NCBI GenBank assembly: GCA_965644295.1 | Contig: CBFFRP010000287.1 | Location: forward strand, 1-64,000 | Length of the DNA stretch: 64,000 nucleotides | Direction: 5' to 3' | Source: Paraphysomonas bandaiensis | Taxonomy: Eukaryota > Protista > Chrysophyceae | Part shown: positions 40,050 to 50,851 of the stretch, in pieces | Layout: each line of letters begins with the position of its first letter | Numbering within the stretch: the first letter of the stretch is position 1 | The notes under the pieces: model-generated | Databases searched by the model: none | Told to the model about the DNA's origin: nothing | What the model saw: only the letters and a program-made list of their open reading frames with translations | Translations under genes and position numbers: made by a program

Positions 40050-41625
40050 TGATGTTCCATGGTTCGACGAGAGCAACGTTGAGCAATGGATCAAAGACTT
40101 TGAGGCGTGTTCCTTATGAGAAAGGAGCAGAGTGAGGTGGCTCTAGAAAGGCCACCAGAGGAAGAGGATTTCGGAATTCAACCCCCGAATAGTCTTGAGA
40201 CTAAGTCCTACAAAGAAGCGGTGGACAAGTATTGGAAGGCGAATGCAATTGCCTACTCATACTGCAGAGAGGCGGTGAAGCGATCTCCGAAGGCGCTGCA
40301 GATGTTTCATCTGAAGCACAAGGAGTTCAAGGCAGCTGAAGGAAGGATTAATAAGTTCAGCGCCAGAGAGACGGTTAGCACACTTAAATCGTGTTTTGAA
40401 GGAGGAACACAAAACAAGATTAGTGCTCTGCTTGCTCAGTTTGGATCATTCGAGATGAAGCCAGGGGAGACCGCGAAAGAGTATGTACTGCGTTTTGAGC
40501 TGCTTCTTCGTGAACTTCAGGCGCATAACCAAACGGTAACGAAAGAATCAAAAATTAGTCGGCTGAAGGAGGGAATTATCAGTGATGAATATGACGGTTT
40601 GAATTATGCTCTGTATTTAATGCCCGATGATGTACCATATGAATTGTTATCCAAACGTATCGAACAGTTCGACGACACCAAGTATGGGAGGAAAATCATA
40701 GAGAAGAAGCGCAAGAGCACGGAGGAGCTGAATCATATTGAAAAGCCTCGAAAGAAAAAGAGAGAGTATCTACAAAGAGGAAGTGCACTTATTGCTCTAA
40801 GAAAGGTATAATACACAATCATAATACAGAACAATGTAGGAAGAAAAAGGGGGAAACGAAGGGACAAAGACCGGGCAGTAAGGAATATACAGGATGCAGA
40901 GTATATGCAAATCCAAAAACCATCGCGCGAACGAATGTCCCCGAAATTCAACTGGAAAGACCAAGAAACCCCAGAAATCTGGGAAGGTTTTCACATTCGA
41001 GAATATCCGCAGAGGAGGAACCGAGTCTGACTCGGAGTCCGAAGCGAATATGCTTTATGACTGCGGTGTTGATATATATGATAAAAGTGACACATGTTGT
41101 ATGATTGGTACTGCTGAACACTATACATACATGGATACATGCTGTTCATCGTCAATGTTTTTGATAAATGATCAGCAAGTATTCGATGAATCAACTCCAT
41201 CAGATAGAGTTATCAGAGGCTCCAAGAAAGGAACGATGATCAATGTAACGGCAACAGGAAGGGTAAACGACTGGAAGGGTATCGAATACTCCGAAAACAT
41301 CAACAGATTTCTGTGTTCGGGGAAACATTTGAACGATATGGGTTATGAGTTCATCGTTTGGAATGGAATTCGAATTGTGGATCACAACACTGGACTGACA
41401 GTATTGGAGGGACCCATGCTTAATGGTATGACTGCGGTTCCTACGCAAACCTTACTGAGTCTGCCAGATGTATCCAGCTGTAGTAGAGGTGCACCAGAAG
41501 CAAATTTGACTGATCAGTATGGAGAAGATGAGTTGGAACTGCTGCATAGGAGAATGGGCCATTTCAACAAAGGGGCTCTAACTGAGGCACATAGAAGGAT
41601 GTTGTTCACTGGCTCAAATCTATAG
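40050..41625 (+). pseudogene. Copia gag-protease-GAG-pre-integrase, frameshifted
   Basis: ORFs 40107-40811 and 40894-41625 join through +2 frameshifts, restoring CRVCKSKNHRANEC (CX2CX4HX4C). Truncated shortly after HRRMGH. Confidence 0.88.
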
Positions 41626-43163
41626 AAAGATCTGATTATTACATGAGAGAACTACTTTGTTTTTAGCTATCTACGACCGATAAGGTAATTACGTGTGTAC
41701 ATATACTCACAGATGAGAGTATACCTTCCCGCACCGAAGAATATTACGCAGAAATCGACGCACTCCGAGTACGAACAGCACCTAGACCAAAGACGGTGAA
41801 TGATTATCAGCATCTCGTGAAGACTTTTCACATAGACGATGAAGACGGGCTGTTGTACAAGACCACCAGAGTGGTAGAAAGAAAGAGTGTCATTGTTGGT
41901 TATCGGTCACTTGTAACTGCGGGGAGAACCCACATTGAGCAGAAGGTACCCATACATATAGAAGATGTTCAGGTAATGACAAGGAATACGCCTGAATACA
42001 CGGGATAATATACGGGAACGAGGGACGCTTCTAGACTAGTACCACTGATGGACGGAGTACGTCCACTATCCCAGCACCTGAGAGCCATCAGGAGCAGCTA
42101 GTTAACCATGGTATTATTCAGGGAGCACCTGATGAAGATATGACTCAAGGGGTACTTGATGAAGATGCAGCTCAGGGAGAACCTGATCGAGCAGTAAAAC
42201 AGGGAGTACCTGAATATACTGATACTATAAAAAGTCTAACAGTACTAATACCCTACAGAGAGTATCTAAAAGGGATGCAGAGAAACGTAAGCGTTTACGG
42301 AGGAGGCTAGCTAATGCCTCAGTGTTAGGAGAAATTAACATGATAGAGGTAATGGATGCCGATGTAAATGTCATGGATTCAGAGTACTGAGAATGAACAC
42401 GTCCATGAACCGAACAGTTTTCTAGAGGCGGAGAGGTCCCCTCAAGCGGACGAATGGAGAACAGCCAGACGAATAGAGAAGAAAGCTCTTTTACGAAGAG
42501 GCGTGTTGAAGATAGTACGTCGACCATCAGGGTGTAATCTTTCTGATGAGAAAGACCGTGTTTACAACGTTTTATTAATTTAAAGTGCTTCCCAAACCGA
42601 GAATACACTGTCCAGAACACCAAACCGGTGAAACTGCCTCCTAACACAAGCAAACCGCGAGTATAGAATGAATTAAATTACGTTAAAACGTGTAAAGAAA
42701 AAGTGAAATCATACAACACTCTATCTTGCTGTGAATCATCTACAGTTTACAGTATCATACTTGTACATATACGGGACTTATATCCCTTCAAGAATACAGT
42801 AACCGCAATGTATACTAAATAAACTGAAAATGAAAGTACAACAGCATGCTACCTAGAGTACCGCAGTATAACACCGTATAACTCCACGTATAACAGTAAC
42901 TACAGGTATGCGTGACACTACCCCTTCTCCCTCCAGCTAGAGAAAAGAAATAGGAATACATATCTAGGATAGATAGAAGTAACACTTGTATCAGCCAATA
43001 TAGCGTCATTCCAAGCATTAGCAAATAAATATCCAATTCATGAAATAAAAGTAATAAACATACGTAGAGCAATATTCTGATAATAAGTATGAATAATAGT
43101 ATGAATGTTATAATATATATATGTGATATAAGCATGAGATATTAAATAAATAAATAAAAGTAA

Positions 43164-44300
43164 TCAACAATTAGAGGAGAATATTAGGATATTGTTGGCA
43201 GAATGCAGCATCCACCAATACCTTAGTAGAAGGATCAAATTCCGTGACTCGACCATATAGCAGTGAACGTCATAGGCACTCCATTCATATGTAGATTGAA
43301 ACAAAGGGCAATAGAGGTCTATACGTAACTGGCGACGGCCAACCCACCGCACATAAGAACATTCGACAACATACATCGTTGTATAACAATTCGGCAGATT
43401 AAGTTCATCATAGAAATCTGAACCCCATGCACGCAAATCTACATAAATTGTTTGACCAGGTGACACCCCTTCGATAGGTATACGTTTCAAACGTGCACGT
43501 TCAGATTTTGCCATAGCAGCAGAAAACAACAGAGGGAACAATTGAGGTTTCTGCTCACAGAACGACTGAAATTGCGAGGTGGAAGCAATATCCTGTGACC
43601 ATGGAAGCCATAATAACGAACCATCCTCAAACTGAACTTGGAATTCCATTCGAGAACGAACCTCCGGATCTCCTCGGTATGCAATCACAGCAACCACAGT
43701 ATACTGGTTAAAATCAATTTGCGCAACACGATATGCCTGCTCAGGCGTACCAAAGAACGGTTTGAGCCATGACATGTGCTACACAACTTCAAAACGCATC
43801 ACAACATGCATGCATGTGACATCAGCCTTATACGTGGATACCACTTCGTAAGGACCTTTGAAACGAGGGTATAATTTATTGGGCTTGTGCTGAGTTGGAT
43901 CCAGCCGCAACAAAACTAAATCACCAGGCTGATATTCGTTCAAAGTATGTGCAGGCGTGGCAGACTTGCGCTTGTCTTGGATCTTGCGCTGAACATCCAT
44001 GGCAACCGCTCGAATCTTCTGTAAGCTCTCATTCAAAATAGACACATAACCCGCAGCAGAAGATTCATCCATAGTCAGTTCACCCAAACGAAAATATGGA
44101 ATATCAACGGTACCAAACACATATTGAAAAGGAGAGAGTCCAGTCTCACTACTGACTTCATCATTCAAAATGAACTGAATCAACATGTAACACTCAATAT
44201 CCCCCCATGAATCTTGCAACCTCTCATCGTGGACTAAACCCTGTAGAAATCACAACAGCTCTCGATGAGATCGCTCGACCATATTAGACTCATGACGATT
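43164..44300 (-). pseudogene. Gypsy integrase C-terminus plus chromodomain and C-terminal extension
   Basis: ORFs 43779-44219 and 43164-43775 are in the same frame, separated by one TAG. Confidence 0.85.
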
Positions 44301-46504
44301 AGTTAATGACACTCGAAATCGAACTTCAAACCACTTCAATAGAAACTCCTCATAGAACCCAGCACTCACGAAGACCAATAATAGCAGTAGATTCAAAAAC
44401 TAATCCCATCCACACAATAGCAAGATAAGCCCTCGGATAACGCCTTAACATCAATCTCTGTAGTTCCAGTCGGGAAAAACTTAACATGACAAATTGCATC
44501 CTCGCATCAACCACAGAATTCACTTGTAGTTAAATAGAATACCACAGTGAAATTAAAAGATACTGAATTCTCAAATGCTCATAAGATTTAGGATTAACCT
44601 TTGCCTTATATATCCAGTATATAACCAAATGAGAATTACGTAGAGCCACTAATGGTCATGTAAATAGATTCCGCACTCAATGACATTAACCACAAGTATT
44701 TGATCATCATAAACTTCACGCAATTCAATTGTAGGAAATACGCTTCAACTCTAACACTTGTTCATTTCACCCGCCATTAGACACAATTGAATTTCCGTGA
44801 ATACAAGTCCGAAGTGAATCAGAGAGACACTAACCTTAGGACTGAATAACACTCCACCAAATACTCGCAACAGCCAAGTTGAGCAAGTCTTAGCTTAAAC
44901 CTTGTTGTACCCAGACATACTACAACAACGTTGTAAAACTCTTATTTCATTCATCATAAACAATAGAAGCGAGTTCACAAAGAAACTTAATTAATCCACT
45001 ATTCCGAATTTGAATCCATAATATTAACTCAAATCTCTCGTACCACCCTTTTGCAAGAAGAGACACACACAACTGGAAACCGTAAGTGTCTTACAACCCA
45101 TTTTGACAACTGAATCTGAAAGTAATCAACCACCATCATCCATGTATTTGTGCACCAAACTCTACTTTGACATATCTTATTTTGTACAATAATTGTAATT
45201 CATCCTCTCGATTTTAGAACGAAACAATATTTGATTAATGAAAATATCACCGGACCAATCAATAACCACCCCAATCAAAACATCATTCATCTCATTCTGA
45301 ATATATACGAACATAGTGCACTGGTCTTATATTTCAGTAACCATACGTAACGATTTCCCTCAGATACAACATTATAATATTGTAAACAATAGAATGATCC
45401 ACTCAACGCAATCTCATTGAAAAGAATCCAACAATAGAAATATCAACTGGAATAACAACAAGCTCGCAAAGTAATAACTCCCATTTTTAGTCTCGAAGTT
45501 AACCATCACTAGCATATATAATTCTTTCGCATGCAATAGTATTATCAACACCATACCTCCAAATATCATTGACACTTAACCATCGATCTCATACCCGATG
45601 CATAATACAGTCGAACAATTGAAAAATACCAGCGACAAAGTTTTCAAAATTTCATTGACATGTTGTATCACTGAACCATATTCACTTCAACGTAACAGAA
45701 ACTTCAATTTCGAACAACTTTCATTCAACAACTAACCATGAATTTAGACAAGTTAATTCGTTGCATTTATGGATACCATATATTCAAATTCAATCCCATT
45801 GCAGATCCAAAAAAAAACTGAGTAACCATTTTATAACCATCAACAAGACAATGAATATCTCAAACTCCTTCCTGTGTCCATTCATTCTCTTTAATACAAA
45901 ATGCAAAGCACACTGAAAACATATTGCTCCAAATATACTTTCCTCATACTGAAATTACAACATCAAAATTTACATTCTGTTCACATAGAGGCAATCGCGT
46001 TCATTAAAAAACTGTTTACTTCCTCTGAAATTATACTTTCGTATATGAATCATATAGTATTGCAAAACTTATCCAAACCATACATGACCCTTGCAAAACT
46101 ATAACAATAATTGCTTGCCATTGATGTTGAAACCATACCATTGATATTGAACAACTCTTTGCAGACTTTTTACCAATCTCAGACAATACTGTCATTCATT
46201 GAAACTTGATAAATTCACTGAAACCCATTCTTATACATTGAACTTAAAACCGAATTATTCTCTCGTAGTAGTCAGTATCACACAGGACTATTGAGCATAA
46301 TCTTAACTAGACATTATTGAATATGGATCACACTTCTCAAAAACTCAGAACTCTCATATTGTAACTCCTATCACAACGGTAAGGCTCACAACAACCTCAA
46401 TCCATTCCGAAATAAAATGAATAAAACCATGATAAATATTGCATCATCATAAATAATAAGATGAACTTTGAAACAAAAGACACTTGCTGTATTTGGAATT
46501 GAAC

Positions 46505-47152
46505 TTACTGAATCAATGGCGGCCCTGGCCCATGCTCCGCAATAAACACAAGATTTGAAAGCAATAAACTCAAACTCTTGTTCAACGTAAGAAACTGAAA
46601 AACGTAACAAGCTGCATCTTGCTTTATCAGCATAAACAAGGAATATTCAAACACCGAATAATTGAACACTGAAAAAGGTACGACTGACATGCGCTCGATT
46701 ACATCTGTAGCATCATTGGCAGTAGTCTCTTTTCCAAAGGAATTTGGAATTACCATTTCAGGATCAATGGCAACATGCTGCATAACAACTTGAGAATTAT
46801 CAACAAAAATCTCAGCCTCGAATGACTCTGACTGAACGTCCTGCTGCTCAACAAATTCCAACATATCATTGACAACATTCTGCACAATACAGTTCTCATC
46901 GGTTCTGTTCTGAAGTAGATCTGAATTAGCTGGAATCGCTCGTCTTGAGGAACGTCGAGACTCCAACTGCTGCAATCTTTGTTCGAACATTTCGAAATGA
47001 AGATCGATGGACTCAAAACGCTTGTTCAGCTGCTCTTGTTGTTCAGCAAACCGCTGCTTTTGTTGAGCAAACTGTTCATTTTGTTCAGCAAACCGCTGCT
47101 GAAGGAACTCCATAATCTTTGAAACCTCTTCTTCCGAACTCATAGTCGACAA
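46505..47152 (-). CDS. Gag-position ORF of the Gypsy element with N-terminal Q/E-rich coiled coil
   Basis: Starts 49 bp after the 5' LTR. QQRFAEQNEQFAQQKQRFAEQQEQ heptads. No capsid motif recognised. Confidence 0.5.
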   Translation of the reverse strand: MSTMSSEEEVSKIMEFLQQRFAEQNEQFAQQKQRFAEQQEQLNKRFESIDLHFEMFEQRLQQLESRRSSRRAIPANSDLLQNRTDENCIVQNVVNDMLEFVEQQDVQSESFEAEIFVDNSQVVMQHVAIDPEMVIPNSFGKETTANDATDVIERMSVVPFSVFNYSVFEYSLFMLIKQDAACYVFQFLTLNKSLSLLLSNLVFIAEHGPGPPLIQ

Positions 47153-47589
47153 TAATATAAATAAACAATGTTTCTTTCTATCCGACTAAAGTATTAATAC
47201 TGTAATCTTTCTGATGAGAAAGACCGTGTTTACAACGTTTTATTAATTTAAAGTGCTTCCCAAACCGAGAATACACTGTCCAGAACACCAAACCGGTGAA
47301 ACTGCCTCCTAACACAAGCAAACCGCGAGTATAGAATGAATTAAATTACGTTAAAACGTGTAAAGAAAAAGTGAAATCATACAACACTCTATCTTGCTGT
47401 GAATCATCTACAGTTTACAGTATCATACTTGTACATATACGGGACTTATATCCCTTCAAGAATACAGTAACCGCAATGTATACTAAATAAACTGAAAATG
47501 AAAGTACAACAGCATGCTACCTAGAGTACCGCAGTATAACACCGTATAACTCCACGTATAACAGTAACTACAGGTATGCGTGACAAGGG

Positions 47590-49115
47590 GTCAAACTAAT
47601 CAGATGTAAGTATGTTCACAAACTCAAGCGTGACATACTAGGCAACATACAGAAGTATAAAGCTCGACTCGTCGCACTAGGAAATCTTCAGGAGAAAACT
47701 GAGAAAGAGCCATCTACATTTGCACCGGTTGTCAAAGGGATAACTATCAGGCTCGTGATTGCAATTGCCTTTATGTTCCATATGCATGTACACCAGCTTG
47801 ATGTCAGTTCTGCATTTTGTTATGCAAATTTAGATGAAGATGTCTACATATGTACCCACCTCCAGATGAGGAGCTCAGCAATGGATGGTGTTTTAAACTC
47901 ATCAAAGCACGATATGGTTTACGAGCCTCACCGCGTCAGTGGAATCGCCACATCGATAAATTCATAAAGTCAATGCAGTTTAGATCATGCGTGTTAGATA
48001 CCTGCTTATATTATCGTTGGCACCAAGGCAGACTTACGTTATTACTCCTGTATGTAGATGACATCATAATCGCATCTATGGATTTTGAATTCCTTGTTTT
48101 TGTCAAGAACAAGTTCTGCCAAACGTTTGAGATGAGGGACATGGGAGAGTGCCAGAGTTTCCTAAATATCCGAATCACGAGAGGCGAAGACTGGTTCAAA
48201 CTAGATCAATCAAAGTATGCGGAGAAAGTGATTCAGAAGTTCAAATATGTCATGGGGAACAGTAGAAAGAATAAGGAAGCTCCGTTGCCATCAAATGCAC
48301 AAGAACTACTAGCTGCAGAACGGGAACTTACATCAGAACAGAAGGACTGGGTCTCAAAATTTCCGTATCGTAGTATTATTGGAGCAATCCTGTATCTCGC
48401 ACTCCACACAAGACCAGATCTCGCCTATGCAATCGGACTACTATCGAGATACAGCAGTAATCCTACATACGCATCGTGTCGTTTAGCTATTCATTTATTG
48501 AAATATTTGAGAGGCACCACCAGCAAAGGAATCAAATTCAGTGGGAGTAAGTTTGATTTACATGTATTTAGTGATGCGGACTGGGCAGGTGATATACTAA
48601 CGAGACGTTCAACTACCGGTTATATTGTATTCTTATGTGCTGGAGCAATCGCATGGCAGTCCAAACTGCAGACTACAGTTGCAACTTCCAGTATGGAGTC
48701 CGAGTGTATGGCTGAATATGCGGCCATGCAAGAACTGGTGTGGCTACGGGGGGTGTTACGAGAGCTAGGACTCGCATTGACGAAGCCAACCCCATTCTTC
48801 ATGGACAGCAAGAGTGCAAAAGATCTGTCAGAAAATCCAGTCTACCACAAAAGATCAAAACATATTCAGATAAAGTACCACTGGGTTCGGGAACACGTAA
48901 ATGGAAGGTTTCCTACAGCCAGATTGATTCATGTATCGACTAAGGATATGGCGGCAGACATATTTACAAAAGCGTTATCTACAAAGCTTTTTAAACTCCA
49001 TGAAAAAACTATCACAGGGGAAAGAGGAGCATTTCAAATGAAGTTGAGAAGAATCAGAAGAAGCGGTTCAAGAAAGGTTAAGGGTGTGTTTTTAGTGGGT
49101 AAGAATCCCACATAA
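47590..49115 (+). pseudogene. Copia reverse transcriptase/RNase H, one +2 frameshift at ~47848
   Basis: KYKARLVALG, HQLDVSSAFCY, YGLRASPRQW, LYVDDIII, TRPDLAYA, SDADWAGD, KRSKHIQIKYH, ADIFTKAL. Confidence 0.92.
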
Positions 49116-49587
49116 CTGTGTTACAGCGAAGTGTGATGTCCACAGTATCTTTGAAGATTTTCACATCCGTTTTATCCTAAGATGACTAGATGATATATAT
49201 AGCTGCAGTATAATGACGATTACTCGTTTCTACATTGAGGAGGAGTGTTGGAATACGTATGGTTCTCTAAGATAGTACTGTAGAATACGTTAAACACAAT
49301 GTGAAAAACAGTAATACGTAGTCAATAGTCAAAGGTGCTATATAGCTATAACTGTGAAACTGAAGTATTATATCATGACGATTCAAGATACGGAAGTTGA
49401 GCAGTGGTTGACATGAACGAAATAATTTATCATGTTGTTGACATGTGTTACATGACAACACACACAATTGTGTATACAATTATAATAAAGTAATCTATCT
49501 AGTTTGACTAACTTAAACTTCTCTTACAACGATCTTAATCATCTGAAAATGGTCAATTGTCAATACAAAAATGCCGTTGCAATATAT

Positions 49588-49610
49588 CAATATATTGTTC
49601 CTTATCTCTG
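49588..49610 (+). mobile_element. Orphan right TIR of the hAT family seen at 26382-27186
   Basis: CAATATATTGTTCCTTATCTCTG matches the TIR (CAATATATTGTTCCCTATCCCTG) at 21/23 positions and is preceded by a TTGCAATATA subterminal motif. Confidence 0.65.
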
Positions 49611-49875
49611 GTAAGTATAATCTTTGCAATATTTGTGTGGCGCAGCATGATGTTGAGCTTGTAGTAGACATATTGATGTGCGATGTACCACCCGTTTGTG
49701 AAAGTACTAGCGTTTGATCTGATAGGCGATTACTTACTTTCCATACTACTCATACTTCATACTACGTTGCCAGTAACAATTTATTTCTGGCTTGAAACTA
49801 CTGAAAACTAGCTAGATATTTTAATATATAAACATATATAAATGTAATACACCGCAGATATCAGAATCATGTGAG

Positions 49876-50393
49876 TTACTTTGGTCGAAAGGGAATTGCT
49901 GTGAAGGTATCCTGTGGTCTCTTGAATGATGGATGATATCCAAAATCTTTTTCCTGAAACGAACATAAAATGAACTACGTTCAGTAAACAAGAATAGGGT
50001 AAAGTACCAACAACTTTATTCCTCGTGTATGTCCAGCCTTTGCTCTGTCATATATTGCTGCGATGTCAGCCGTCATTTCCTTATACCTTTACGACATCGT
50101 TACTCAATTATCAAACTATACAAAATATATTACTTATTAGCAAATGGTCCAATATCAGCGTCGTAATTCTTTGACCACTCTTTGTTAGCATTTATTCGAG
50201 ATAAAATGTCGCTCTTACGATTCTCCAGCACATTTAAGTGTCGCTCGAACTCCGCTTTGCTTTTTTCATCAGCTTTGATTTCATCATCCAACATCTGAAG
50301 CTGCATTCGTAAATTGTCTAACACGCCTTTTATTGCAGAGGCAGTGCTATTCATTTCAATCATTTCTTTTCTCGTAATGCCGTCACTCATCAT
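49876..50393 (-). CDS. Small three-exon coiled-coil protein, SSNA1/DIP13-like
   Basis: Spliced product ...LDDEIKADEKSKAEFERHLNVLENRK...NYDADIGPFANK|YKEMTADIAAIYDRAKAGHTRGIKLL|EKDFGYHPSFKRPQDTFTAIPFRPK*, with clean GT-AG introns. The heptad register recalls SSNA1 (family call tentative). Confidence 0.7.
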
Positions 50394-50851
50394 TCACCGC
50401 GAAATATAGTAAGATTAAATATCAACAACACGCGCGAGCTTGCGCAGAGAAACAATTAAACAGCCCCTTAAGTTTTAACTTATGTCCACACCGTGTAATC
50501 ACGATAAATAGCAGTCCTAGTGACGGCAAGGCCCAGTGATTGCGAGTGCTTAACTACTCTTGTATATGGAGCCTGATTCCATAGCTGAGCCTCAACATTA
50601 TCCGCCGAAACCGCCTCCACTGCAAGATGATGACGTGAAATACTGCTGTACACTGACTGTACTCTGCTGACGTACATCTGTAAGGTGTATGGTGTACCAC
50701 ATATACAGTACGTATTCCGGTATTCACCGAATGGCCAAATGGACGATCACAGCACTGCTGTAGGTGTACCGTATACCATACGTGTATATAGACGCTCGTT
50801 CGAATATACCAACCAGATAATTAATTAGTGTAAGTATCTGCACTGCGTACC

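Larger units (their letters stand above)
42533..47585 (-). mobile_element. Ty3/Gypsy chromovirus-like LTR element, non-autonomous (no RT/RNase H), nested in the Copia RT; 4-bp TSD AGGG
   Basis: Apparently identical 385-bp LTRs at 42533-42917 and 47201-47585 (TG...CA). PPT at 42918-42934. Integrase C-terminus with KLYPRFKGPYEV (GPY/F) and V*HMSWLKPF, then chromodomain-like VVAVIAYRGDP...FQVQFEDGSLLWLPW. Removing the element and one AGGG restores the Copia frame RRPSGVKLIRCKYV. Confidence 0.95.
39694..49565 (+). mobile_element. Ty1/Copia LTR retrotransposon (defective, integrase core deleted) interrupted by a Gypsy insertion; TSD CAAAA
   Basis: 320-bp LTRs at 39694-40013 and 49246-49565 (2 substitutions, ends TGTTG...CAATA). 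PBS TGGTAGCGAA at 40014, PPT GAGGAGGAG at 49237-49245, CAAAA on both sides. Gag with zinc knuckles, protease YMDTCCS, LLHRRMGH, RT KYKARLVALG/LYVDDII, RNase H SDADWAG. Confidence 0.96.

Noticed and set aside
42540-42640. CTGATGAG...GAAAC in the Gypsy LTR as a hammerhead ribozyme
   Set aside because: Stems I-III could not be built. The motif is part of a simple TCTTTCT/AGAAAGA hairpin and lies on the antisense strand of the element.
43776-43781. Programmed stop read-through between the integrase and chromodomain ORFs
   Set aside because: The TAG replaces a residue in the conserved V-x-H-x-S-x-LKP motif of an element that has lost RT, so a simple nonsense mutation is more parsimonious.
39715-49479. 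Twin 70-aa ORFs at 39715-39927 and 49267-49479
   Set aside because: Both lie within the two LTR copies. The duplication reflects the LTRs, not a gene.
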